Under the pieces are notes generated by a model. It worked only from the letters and a program-made list of their open reading frames with translations, ran no database searches and was not told where the DNA came from. From Caecitellus pseudoparvulus (Eukaryota > Protista > Bigyra: Bicosoecida), in assembly GCA_965644315.1 (NCBI GenBank), contig CBFFRQ010000096.1:328822-392821 (forward strand): DNA of 64,000 nucleotides, given 5' to 3'. The position numbers were made by a program, and so were the translations under genes. Every line of letters begins with the position of its first letter. Positions within the stretch are counted from its first letter, which is position 1. Positions 44,924 to 54,653 of this stretch are shown piece by piece.

Positions 44924-45784
44924 TCACCAGCCGCTGGCACCGCCAGAGTCGATGGCGTCCATCTCGGCCTCAGACAGCACTGGCCTGCCGTACCCCGGCT
45001 GCGTGTCCAGGAAGTCCTTGGACGCCTTGGAGGGGAACAGGGCCTCGAAATCCAGCGTGCCTTGCACAGACCCGCCCGTGCTGCTGCTGCTGCTCGCCTG
45101 GGCCTGCTCGCCCGCGCTGCTGGCTTGATTGGCCTTGCCGTGGCGGAATTTGATCAGGGGCACCCGACCACCTGGCGCTGGAGCTGGGCTGGGGGCAGGT
45201 GCAGAAGCCGGAGCAGGGCTCGGAGCAGGCGCTGGGGCAGCCTGGCTGGGAGCGGGTGCGGGTGAGGCAGCCTTGCTCTTGGCTGCCGCCACGTCGCCGT
45301 CAGTGTCGATCTCTGCCACCAAGTCCCCGACGTTCACCGTGTCGCCCTCCGCCACTGGGAACCCCTTCAACACCCCCTGCACTGGACTCCTCACCTCCAC
45401 CACCACCTGTGCAGAGCAGTGCGACGCGCTGGTGTGCAGAGGCGGCGTCGTCAGCAGCAACTGCACTGAGCAGTGCGGAATTGTGGCGAATTATGCCCAG
45501 CCCACCTAGGCCGCCCCTGTCCCGCACCCAGCAGCGCACAAGCAACGCACCTTGTCGGTGGCAATTGTAGCCACAGGCTCATCCATCTCCACCGCGTCAC
45601 CGGGGGACTTCAACTGTTCCTCGATGATGCCTTCTGGCACACTGTCGCCCAGGGATGGCACCTCCAGCCGAAACACCTCAAAGGCCACGGCAGACGAGTG
45701 CAGCCACCGCCCTGCCCCAGCACGGGGGGCTGAAGCCAACGCTGCCCCTGCAGACCACAGTAGTTTCCTACCTGCGCTGGCCAT
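44924..45784 (-). CDS. Mitochondrial lipoyl-domain protein fused to a KGD4/MRPS36-like E3-adaptor module
   Basis: Presequence (…RWLHSS); lipoyl domain VPSLGDSVPEG...IATDK|VVVEVRSP...EGDTVNVG (intron 45407-45550); Ala/Pro linker; 'RVPLIKFRHG' and 'YGRPVLSEAEMDAIDSGG' match the two conserved KGD4 motifs; no acyltransferase domain. Confidence 0.78.
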
Positions 45785-46308
45785 GGTGTCTGTGCAGCTG
45801 TGCAAAGGCAACGCCTGCCCGCTGGTGTGGCTTCGGCGTGGTGCTGGCTGCTCGAAAGCTCCCGTGCAGTGCAGGGGTGCTAGGGAAAGTGAGAGTGACT
45901 TTGTACAAGCCTGAAGTAGCGGTGCTCTAGCATGAATTTGAGGGGAAACGCGTAGATGTGTGTTGCCGTTTCAGCGCCTGCACGAGGCAGGTCATTGTCG
46001 GGCGACGTCCTCTCCAGTAAGTAAAGAACCACTCAGAGTTCCGTATACAATTTTAGCCGGTATCCTCCGCGACTTAGCACTTTGACGCTGTACAACACAT
46101 AGGCGGATTTATTTTCTACTCGTAGAGCCCCCCCCTCACAAACGTTTTGCCTGCCACCGTGCTTCACACTGCCTGAATCTCCCGCATCGCCGCCTGCAGT
46201 GCCGAGCTGACTGGGCAGTCACTGAAGGAACCCACTCGCGGCCTTGCAGCCCCGCCTGCCACGTGCAGCTCTGATCAGCACCTTCTCACAGCCTTGTTTG
46301 CACCTGAC

Positions 46309-46887
46309 ATGGCAGCGAGGGCATTGACGGCGCCTGCGGAAGGCACTGTGAACCTGGCCAAGGCAGGCTCTGCGAGCATCGCCTACTCCACCAGCACCAC
46401 TGAAGCACACCCAGCCAAGGATGCGTTGGAGGAAAGCCGCAAGACGTTCTGGCTGACGACAGGCATGTTTCCACAGGAACTTGTCATCAAGCTGTCTCGC
46501 AGGACGCCGCTCCAGAGCGTGAAGCTGCTCACAGTGAATGGTGTGTGAAACGCCAAGTCGCGAAACGCCGGCTCGCTGCCACGCTCCACACCTCCCCGCA
46601 GCATGCAAAGTCGGCGTGGAGGTGTCCACTCGAGACACGCCCCGCGATTTCAACGTGGTGGCCGAGACTGGTGCGTGGGGCGCTTGTGCCTAGGCAGCGC
46701 AGCAGTGTGCTGCAGCCCACGACCGTTGCCGCATGCCTGGTTTGTGCCCTCTGCAGAGCTGCCCGACGACGGGCTGCACTTGGAAACCATGTCCATGCCG
46801 TCGGGGACTGAGGCCAAGTTCATCAAGCTGTGCATTCACTCGGGGCATGCCGAGTTCGCTGCTGTGTACAATGTCTCGGCCTTCTAA
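46309..46887 (+). CDS. IFT25: Intraflagellar transport protein 25 (HSPB11), 3 exons
   Basis: 'HPAKDAL...TFWLTTGMFPQELVIKL' and 'FIKLCIHSGHAEFAAVYNV'; the middle exon ACKVGVEVSTRDTPRDFNVVAET splices in frame. Confidence 0.9.
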
Positions 46888-46899
46888 TGCACTGCCTGC

Positions 46900-49800
46900 T
46901 CACCGGCGCCGGGCTGGTCTCGTCCGTGGCTTGCGCTGCGGGGCGCTCACGACCGTCAACTTGTCGGGGTCAAACTGCCCGCCCTGTCCCAGCAGCCCCA
47001 GCAGCGTGTGCCCTTGTGTCCCCGCACCAGGCAGGTCCACCGGCACCTCATCCGGCTCGCTGTCGCCAGGCTCGGGTGGAGCTTGTGCCTTGGGCGTCGG
47101 CATTGACGCGACGACAGCGGCGAGGGCAGAGCCCCCTCCACGCCGACGGGGCGCGCGCCTAGCTCCTCGACCAGCTGGGGCGGTGCCCTCTTCCAAAGTC
47201 ACCGAGGCTACAGGGACTCCGCCTGCTCGGGTTGCCCGCCGAGTTCGGCTGGGCAGCAAGCTCACTCGACCAAGCCCACTGCGCCGCACATCTCCCCGGC
47301 TCTGGCTCTGGGCACTTGTCCCTGCAGAGTCCTTGGTCGGGGCCAAGGGCATGGTCCCTGGTCGTGGGATGAAAAGCGGCGCCACCGGTGACGCCGGCTC
47401 ATGGCAGGTCGCATCCCCCAGTTCGCTGGCGTGTGCACCCGCGTTCAGCCGGCCCCCACTGCGAGGTTGCTGGGTGGCGGCAGGTGGCGGGCTGGCAGTG
47501 GAGCCGGAGACTCGCCTCTGGCGTGGCACGGGCGGTTTGCGAGGGGGCGAGGTGGCACCGGAGCCATCGTGCTGCTGGCTCACTGTGCTGGATGTGGAGC
47601 TGGACCGTCGCCGTCGGCGCCGGTGTGGGCTTGGTTCGCGCGCAGGGACGGGGTTGGCTTGGTGTGTATCCGCTCGCGCACGGCGTGGCTTTGCTCGCGG
47701 GCTGTGCAAGGCACGCATGACTGTGTGGGTGGACAGGCTGTGCACCAGGGGCGGCGTTTTCCCCCGCCCACCGCGCCGCTTGACCCTGGAGCGCGGGGGT
47801 GACGAGTCACCGCCGCCCTGGTCTGCTGCAGGGTGCTGTGTGCCCTGCACCTGACCCAAACGCTCAGCACTTGTGCTGGGGGCGGCACTTTCATCAGCGG
47901 AATCACTCTGGGTTGGGCTGTTGTCTGAATCCTGGTGTGCTCGCTCCTGGCTCGCTGCAGGGGGTGGTGGCGCCTCTTCCGGTTCAGCAGAGCTGGGCAG
48001 ACTGGCAGGCGCTCCCTCAGCTTGCCGTTGTGGTTCGCTCTGGGTGGACCGCTGTACATGCAGCTGCAGCGCGGACGAGGCGAACTGGATGTGGTGCCAT
48101 GCCTGCCGCCACATACCCTGTAGCACCCCCACCTCCAGCGGCAGGCTTTCCAGCAGCTCCCGGTGGTGCTGCACAGCTGCAGTGGCCGATGCAGCCTCCG
48201 CTTGCCGCTCTCCATGCTCCAGCGCCGAGTCCAGCGCCTGGTTCAGCGCCGGGATACTCACTCGGCCATCCCCACTCAGCGCAGCCTTGTTCACATGCCG
48301 GTACGCCGCCAGGATGCGGGGGTGGGCATCCTGCAGCACACTGGCGGCGGCAGCGCTGGGGGCCTTGCACACGAACGTGCGGGCAGCGTCAGGGCAGACC
48401 AAGAAGTGCTGGGCAAGGGCGAGGTGCGCCTCACGGGAGGCTTGGGCCGGCACTGCCACGCCAGGCACGTGTGTCTGCAGCAACTGCGGCAACTCATCCC
48501 ACAGCGCCTCTGCCAGGGCGCTGCCACTGTCCACCAAGCACACCAGGCAGCCAGTGCTTGCGACGTCTCCCAGCACCATTTTCGCTGCGTCAGGGTGCAC
48601 GAGCGCCCCCCCGAGCGGGCCAGCGACGTCGCCCTGCACGGGGAAGGCCAGGTGGGGTGTGCCAGACTTGCCTGCCAGAGCTTGCTCCAGAGCCTGCTGA
48701 CACCGCTCCTGCATGACTGCCAGGGCCATGGCAGCTCGCAAGCCCTCATCCCCACCATTTGCGCCGGCGCTGACGAGCCCCGGCACCATGGAGGGTACCC
48801 AACACCACGCCAGGAACCAGTGCTGCACTGTGGTAAGGGCCACAGTGGCACCTCGTCCGTGACTGGCACAGTGTGCGGCAGCCCACCCCCCTCCTGCGGG
48901 GCTGCCCGAAGTGGCGACCCCCTCGCTTCGAAGACTGGGCTGCGGGGTCCTGTGACTCGCGCCCGTCTGCACGTCCTGCCACTGCATCAGCTGCACGGTG
49001 GCGTTGTGTGCCTCCTGCGCCAAGGCGACGGCAGCGGACCCGGCGGCAGCAGCAGGTGGAGTCTCCTGCGTGCCGCCGAAGGCAGGCAACAAGACACGCC
49101 ACCACAGCCAGCGCTGGGCTGCAGCCGCGCCCCATGCCGCGGTGATCGTGTCCAGGGCCGCTGCCAGGAAGGGGGGCAGGGGGCAGTTCGCCATGCCTGC
49201 ACATACGCCCGACGCCAGCGTCACCAGTGCGTCGATGTGCTGCAAGACTGCAGTCGAGGGGTCAGAGCTGTTGACCGGCTCAGCCCCGCCCGGTGCTGCC
49301 GTGTGCTGTACGTGGACATGCCGCATGAGCTGATCAGCCCACAGCCACACCGATGGATGCAGTGCGATACCCCACAGCACCCCACATGCAAAGGGCAGAC
49401 CAGTGTGCGCTCCTGCTGAGCTGGCCACCACAGCAGGAAGGCTGCCCCCTGCTCCCTTGCCCCAGGCTGCACCGGCATGACCCTGTGCATCGAAGAGGGC
49501 CAGCACGTCCTCTGCAGAAGGTGCCGCCTGCACTGCTGCGTGGAGCAGACTCACAGTGGCTTGCCAGGGACAGGTGAGGGGGTGGAACCACAGCACGGAG
49601 GCGGTGGCACCCACGTGCCACGCCAGTCGACACGGCAGCTCTGCCGACGCCAGAGAGTGGCTGGCCCGCCGCACAACTTGGCGCACAGCCTGGGCCAGCG
49701 CACCGGCGTCAGCGCGCCACACTGCCACCTGCCTCGCCAGCAAGCCCATGAGCGGCGACGCTGCTTCGGATGCCGTGCGGGTGGGGGCGCCTTCGCCTTG

Positions 49801-52800
49801 TTCCCGCAGGACATACGGCGAACTCAGCGCCTGCGCACTGCACGCGAGCGGGCCGCGGGAAACCAGTGCCGTCACGGGGAGCTTGGTCACGGCGGCCTCT
49901 TGGAAGCAGGTGCCGGCGAGCAGCTGGGCCAAGCGCACGGCACAGAACTGCACCGCATGGCGCAAGTGTGCCCGGGCCACCAGGACCTTCCCGAGCTTCG
50001 GCAGCACCAGGCGCAACTGCTTGTCCCCGTCCAGCGCCAGCAAGCCTGCCTCCACCAACCACACACGGAGGTTGGCAGGCGGCTCGGAGGAGGCGGAGGA
50101 CGCCCTCCGGCGCCGCGCTTCACTGCGCGAGGAGCGGTGGGACGAGACAGAGGCAGCTGCCGGCCCAGCCTCGGGCTGCTGATCCCCAGCCTTGGGGGGG
50201 GAGCTTGCTGACTGAGCGCCAGCTGCCTCGCTGGCAGATGCGTGCTCTGCGGCGCATCCCTGCTCTCCACTGCCGTCTTGTCCATCGTCGGCTCTTCCTT
50301 GGCTTGGCACATCGCTACGTTTCGAAGAATCGTCGGCAAGTTCCGAGCTCGTCACATGGGGGGCAGCCGCCACCTCGTGTTCTGCCACTTGCTGCGGCTC
50401 TTCTGCGGTTGGGTGTGGGGTGGCCTGTCCTTCCGACGGCTGCAGTTGGGCTGCCGACTTTGCCTGCGGGGAGAGCTGGGAAGCGGCGGAAGGGAGACTT
50501 GCTCGAGCCGTGTGCGGTGTCTGACCAGTTTCTGGCGCGGCCGGCACCGCCTCTTGCACTGGCTGTGCAACGTGTACCTGACTTACTCTCTGAACAACCG
50601 GGGCTGGCTGTGTTTCAGGAGATGTGAAGACAGGCCCTGCATCATGCGCGGCGCCCTCCTCGGACGCTACTGATGGAACAGCCTGATGTGGGGCTGAGGA
50701 AGATGGACTTGAGGTGGTGGGAGGTGGTGTGTGAACGGAAGGCGCGGCTTGGGCGCCTGGGGGTGATGCTTCTGAAGCAGGCTGACTCGTGGCCTGCGGT
50801 GAGGCTGGGCGTGACGCAGGCTGTACAACGACGTCAGCCGCTGCTCCCCGGCGGCCACCTGCACCACTCACTTCCGAGGCCTGACCGTCAAATGGACTGG
50901 CTTCCACGGGCGGCTCTACGCACTGCGTCCATGCCCGATCAGCGGCCTCCACGGCCAGCCGCGCAGCCTCGGACAGCTGCGCCGGTTCACGCACAGCTGC
51001 AGCCGGCACCGTGGCCCGCCCTTCGCCCCCCGCTTCCTCTGTTTCAGAAAGGGAACTCTCCGCGTTGCCTTCCTCCAGGGGAGACGCTTGCTTTGAAGGC
51101 GAGCGCTGCAGTAAACTGGCGGCAGAGGCTGGGTCCGACACTCTGCACAGCAGCGCTTGCGCAGCCGCACGGCTCTGTTCATCGCAAGAGTCATCAGACG
51201 AGGACGCCGTTTCTGAATCGCCCCCTGCGGTAGGGTGGCTTGCTTGCTGGGACAGGGGCACTGGGCTGACTCCTGAAGCTGTGCGAGTGTGGCGGACACT
51301 CGTGCTGGGCGTGGGAGCGGGGGCCTGGACATCAACAGGCTGACGCAAGGCGGCCGTCTCCTTCACGGTGCCGGCCCGTGCTGGGCTACGGCTGCGCTGG
51401 GGAACTGTGCCAGCGTGTGGGTGTGCGCTGTGCCCAGCACTCTCAAGTGGCAGACGGGCTGGGTGGCCGTCTCCATCATACCCAACCTGGCTGCTCGTAT
51501 GGTCGTCGAAGTGCGAGCGCTGTTCCAATGCCTCAGACTCGAGCCTGGTCCTGTGATCCTCACCGGATGGCGAGCTGTGTCCGCCCCCCGTGTTGTGACG
51601 GTGCAGCAGCTGTCGAGCGGCAGCGACACTCGCCGCAGCCTGGGGCATGTCGCGCTCTAGGGACACGCTCAGCGCCCGCACCGCCTCGTGCATGGACGGT
51701 GGTGGCGAAGCCGACTGCTCGCGTGGAATACAATGATCAGGCACGACCTCTCGCTGCTGTCGGCGCTGAGGGCTAGGTCGTGCAGGGGGTGGTGACGCCA
51801 GGGGGTTCGCCGCCACACGCAGTTGGGCAGGTCCCGCGCTGGCACGGCGGGGTGGGCTAGAGCTGGTGTGTGGCGCCTCTCGTGCTGACTGCAGGGCGGC
51901 AAGGCGCGCTGTGGTCGGCCAGCGGTGGCTCGCCTCACGCCGTGGGCCGGGGGAGGGGCGCTCAGCCGATGTGGAGCGCGGGCGCCGTCGGGCTGCCTCG
52001 CCACTGGCGCCTCCACCCGGACCGCCCTTGCCCGGCCGTTGAAATGCCCGGCGTACCCATGCGACCACGCGACTCGGCATGCTCGGCCCGGATGCCACGG
52101 CAGCTGGCGTTGGCCCGACACTGCGCTGGCTGTGCAGGTACCAAGCGTACCAGGCCAAGGAGTGGGCAGGGGCAGTCGGGAGGCCTGGAGCTGCCGCATG
52201 CTGCACCAGGAGCTGCACCAGCTGCGGCTCCCAGCTGAACTGCTGCTGGGGCTGAATGCTGAGGGGGAGGCTTGATGGCTCTGTGGGGCTTGCGCTGCGT
52301 CCAAAGGCCGACCAGAGCACCGATTCGAGATCGGACCCGGGCGCAGCGAGGCAGCCATGCATGCCCAGCGTGCACAGCAGGGCCTGGCGCCAGCACTGTG
52401 CTCGCATGGCAGACGCGAAGGTGAGCGTGTTACGCCCAATGTCAGGCCCTGCGAAGAACAGGACCCACTGCCACGCTTCGTGCGGAGCGGGGGCCAGCGT
52501 CAAGCGGTCCACGAAGCGCAGGTCAACGTGAGCATCTCCACGGGGCGGCAACGCGGGAAGTGCCGTGCCGGTGTCCACCTGGGCCTGCAGCTGCTGCATC
52601 CCACGCTGCAAGGCAGCTTGGGGGGACTCTGCGGCACGGGCGGCCGCTTGCGCCTGGGCCAGTGTCAGCGCCGCAGGACTGTCTCCCCAGTGCAGGCTGC
52701 TCCCTTGGACCCACGCCCACACCCGCTTGTCATTCAGCAGGAGCCACCCACACACCACCTCCGCATGGGAGGCATCTGACTTGGCGGGCGCATGCGCCAC

Positions 52801-54255
52801 TGAGGGCTGAGGGCTCGGCACTGGGGGTGGCGCTGGTGCAGGTTGCGGCAGGGGCATGTCCGCCAGGGGGTTATGCACTGTGCCTTGCACCGGCGGCGGG
52901 GGGCCGGGTCGCCGCAGATGGGGCAGCGCCTCCCCGTCAGACACGGCGCCGCCCTCTTGGTGCGGGCGGACCTCGTCGGGACTCCACCGGTCCCCGTCGC
53001 TGAAGGGTTCCTGCAGCACGTATGCGGTGTGGAGAGGGGACTGCTGTGCAGTGATGGGCGTGCCACCGCCGGTCAGCCGGGGTCTCCCTCCTGCCCCGTA
53101 CGCCCACCTGCGGTGTGCAGCCTTGGCAGCGGCGATGGCCTCAGCCGGCGACACGACACGTGGGGCGTGCACCTGGTCAGCCCTGGCCTTGCGAGCAGCG
53201 GGCGCCGCTGCATCACCCCACAAGCGCTGCCTTGCACCCTGTGGCCGTGGCGTGGCGACGCGAGCCGCGTTGGGTGCGGCTTGCTCCGCCTCAGGCGCCG
53301 GAGGCGAGAAGCGCAGGGCGTGAGTGGGGGTCGGCGGCGTCGGGGCAGACCACTGCGGCGCTCGCTGTGCCGCAGCCATGGCCTGGGGGGACACGCCTGC
53401 GCCGTAGGAGTCGACAGCCTGGGCCAGGGGTGCCACCGCGCCTCTCCCGCGGGTGGGGACCAGGGGCTGTCGGCGCTGCGGACGAGGCACGCCAGTGCCT
53501 GGCTGTGGCGGCACACGCCTGGCATGTAGAGATGGCTGCGGCGGCACTCGCTGTGCCACACCAGCAGCAGGCTCACCTGTCCCGCCCGCCGCCTGTGGTT
53601 CCTGTGGGGCAGCCTCTGGAGAAGGTGGGCTGGAGGAGCCACTCTCCTCGTCCAGCGCCAGCTGGGCGGCAGAGGGCGGCAGCCACTGCGCCTGGCGTGT
53701 GCGACTGTGGGCCCAGTAGAAGTACCCCGAGCCCGACGGGTCCGGCACCCGCCGCCACAGGCCTCGCACTGGCGGCTGCTGCTGCCCCCGGCCAGCACAC
53801 CGCGCCGCCAGTTCCCGCACTACGATGCCTTCCGCCGCGCGCTGAGCGAGGAGAAAGGCGCGAGGCTTGGTGGCAGACACTTGCCCTGTGCTGCTGTGCA
53901 CGAACACGGTGCTGGTGGCGTCAGGGCCGGATTCCTCGCTTGCCTGGCGTCGCCACGCAGTGCGTGACGCGAGAATGACTTGGAACCGGGCATGGGCCCA
54001 CTCTGAGTCAGAGACATCGCCATCGGAGTCAGGTTGACATGAAGCCACTGCTCGCACAGTGGAGGTGGTGGTTCCCTGTGCGCTTTCAGTGCTTGCCCGC
54101 GAGAGGCTCGCGCGTCTTTGGCCTGCTCGGTGCATGCTGCGCCCAGCTTGCCGAAGAGCCGACATGGGCGTCAAGGGTGGGACAAAGGCAGCAGCGGACC
54201 CAACATCACCATCACCGGGGGCTAGAGAGGGTGGGCGGCGCTTCCGACTGGCCAT
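46900..54255 (-). CDS. 2451-aa protein with WW domain(s), a PH-like domain, a degenerate RasGAP-like region and long disordered linkers
   Basis: WW 'GLWRRVPDPSGSGYFYWAHSRTRQAQWLPP' plus a degenerate one upstream; PH-like 'VVCGWLLL...RVWAWVQGSSLHW...AQCWRQAL'; RasGAP-like 'NCPLP...WLWWRVLLPAF'. Confidence 0.55.
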   Translation of the reverse strand: MASRKRRPPSLAPGDGDVGSAAAFVPPLTPMSALRQAGRSMHRAGQRRASLSRASTESAQGTTTSTVRAVASCQPDSDGDVSDSEWAHARFQVILASRTAWRRQASEESGPDATSTVFVHSSTGQVSATKPRAFLLAQRAAEGIVVRELAARCAGRGQQQPPVRGLWRRVPDPSGSGYFYWAHSRTRQAQWLPPSAAQLALDEESGSSSPPSPEAAPQEPQAAGGTGEPAAGVAQRVPPQPSLHARRVPPQPGTGVPRPQRRQPLVPTRGRGAVAPLAQAVDSYGAGVSPQAMAAAQRAPQWSAPTPPTPTHALRFSPPAPEAEQAAPNAARVATPRPQGARQRLWGDAAAPAARKARADQVHAPRVVSPAEAIAAAKAAHRRWAYGAGGRPRLTGGGTPITAQQSPLHTAYVLQEPFSDGDRWSPDEVRPHQEGGAVSDGEALPHLRRPGPPPPVQGTVHNPLADMPLPQPAPAPPPVPSPQPSVAHAPAKSDASHAEVVCGWLLLNDKRVWAWVQGSSLHWGDSPAALTLAQAQAAARAAESPQAALQRGMQQLQAQVDTGTALPALPPRGDAHVDLRFVDRLTLAPAPHEAWQWVLFFAGPDIGRNTLTFASAMRAQCWRQALLCTLGMHGCLAAPGSDLESVLWSAFGRSASPTEPSSLPLSIQPQQQFSWEPQLVQLLVQHAAAPGLPTAPAHSLAWYAWYLHSQRSVGPTPAAVASGPSMPSRVVAWVRRAFQRPGKGGPGGGASGEAARRRPRSTSAERPSPGPRREASHRWPTTARLAALQSAREAPHTSSSPPRRASAGPAQLRVAANPLASPPPARPSPQRRQQREVVPDHCIPREQSASPPPSMHEAVRALSVSLERDMPQAAASVAAARQLLHRHNTGGGHSSPSGEDHRTRLESEALEQRSHFDDHTSSQVGYDGDGHPARLPLESAGHSAHPHAGTVPQRSRSPARAGTVKETAALRQPVDVQAPAPTPSTSVRHTRTASGVSPVPLSQQASHPTAGGDSETASSSDDSCDEQSRAAAQALLCRVSDPASAASLLQRSPSKQASPLEEGNAESSLSETEEAGGEGRATVPAAAVREPAQLSEAARLAVEAADRAWTQCVEPPVEASPFDGQASEVSGAGGRRGAAADVVVQPASRPASPQATSQPASEASPPGAQAAPSVHTPPPTTSSPSSSAPHQAVPSVASEEGAAHDAGPVFTSPETQPAPVVQRVSQVHVAQPVQEAVPAAPETGQTPHTARASLPSAASQLSPQAKSAAQLQPSEGQATPHPTAEEPQQVAEHEVAAAPHVTSSELADDSSKRSDVPSQGRADDGQDGSGEQGCAAEHASASEAAGAQSASSPPKAGDQQPEAGPAAASVSSHRSSRSEARRRRASSASSEPPANLRVWLVEAGLLALDGDKQLRLVLPKLGKVLVARAHLRHAVQFCAVRLAQLLAGTCFQEAAVTKLPVTALVSRGPLACSAQALSSPYVLREQGEGAPTRTASEAASPLMGLLARQVAVWRADAGALAQAVRQVVRRASHSLASAELPCRLAWHVGATASVLWFHPLTCPWQATVSLLHAAVQAAPSAEDVLALFDAQGHAGAAWGKGAGGSLPAVVASSAGAHTGLPFACGVLWGIALHPSVWLWADQLMRHVHVQHTAAPGGAEPVNSSDPSTAVLQHIDALVTLASGVCAGMANCPLPPFLAAALDTITAAWGAAAAQRWLWWRVLLPAFGGTQETPPAAAAGSAAVALAQEAHNATVQLMQWQDVQTGASHRTPQPSLRSEGVATSGSPAGGGWAAAHCASHGRGATVALTTVQHWFLAWCWVPSMVPGLVSAGANGGDEGLRAAMALAVMQERCQQALEQALAGKSGTPHLAFPVQGDVAGPLGGALVHPDAAKMVLGDVASTGCLVCLVDSGSALAEALWDELPQLLQTHVPGVAVPAQASREAHLALAQHFLVCPDAARTFVCKAPSAAAASVLQDAHPRILAAYRHVNKAALSGDGRVSIPALNQALDSALEHGERQAEAASATAAVQHHRELLESLPLEVGVLQGMWRQAWHHIQFASSALQLHVQRSTQSEPQRQAEGAPASLPSSAEPEEAPPPPAASQERAHQDSDNSPTQSDSADESAAPSTSAERLGQVQGTQHPAADQGGGDSSPPRSRVKRRGGRGKTPPLVHSLSTHTVMRALHSPRAKPRRARADTHQANPVPAREPSPHRRRRRRSSSTSSTVSQQHDGSGATSPPRKPPVPRQRRVSGSTASPPPAATQQPRSGGRLNAGAHASELGDATCHEPASPVAPLFIPRPGTMPLAPTKDSAGTSAQSQSRGDVRRSGLGRVSLLPSRTRRATRAGGVPVASVTLEEGTAPAGRGARRAPRRRGGGSALAAVVASMPTPKAQAPPEPGDSEPDEVPVDLPGAGTQGHTLLGLLGQGGQFDPDKLTVVSAPQRKPRTRPARRR

Positions 54256-54653
54256 GCTTCGTCTCGACCAGCTTGAGCGGTGGACGGCTTGCCGTTTCGC
54301 TCACGTTTCAACGCCAGCGCCACTTGCCTCGCCAGGAGCAGCTCACGGCCGAAGAGGAGGTCTAGAGGGAAAGGCAGGTGGCAGCGTCATACAAGTTACA
54401 CGCATCAAGCACACAGCCCCTTGTGCCGCGCTGGTGTCAAGTGCAATGGCTGCTCGCTGTGGTGCCCAGTCGCACACAGCAGAGCGTTGACAGTCAGGGA
54501 GAGCCAGGCACGCTGCATTGAGAGAGGCACACACGACCTCGTCGGAGACGGCAGTTACGTCCATTGTGTGCCATGGCGCACCATGGATGCCACTGGACAG
54601 CCCCCATCACCCCCCTCTCACTGGCCAGCGCGGGTCATGCATTGGGAGGCTGA

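Noticed and set aside
45930-46200. AT-richer stretch as a possible ncRNA
   Set aside because: No convincing stem-loops or snoRNA/snRNA boxes; best explained as a bidirectional promoter.
23934-46891. Blastocystis-style stop codons created by polyadenylation, or a reassigned genetic code
   Set aside because: All genes have genomic stops (TAA, TAG and TGA are all used) and conserved proteins translate normally. AATGCA merely overlaps TAA in DnaJ and IFT25.
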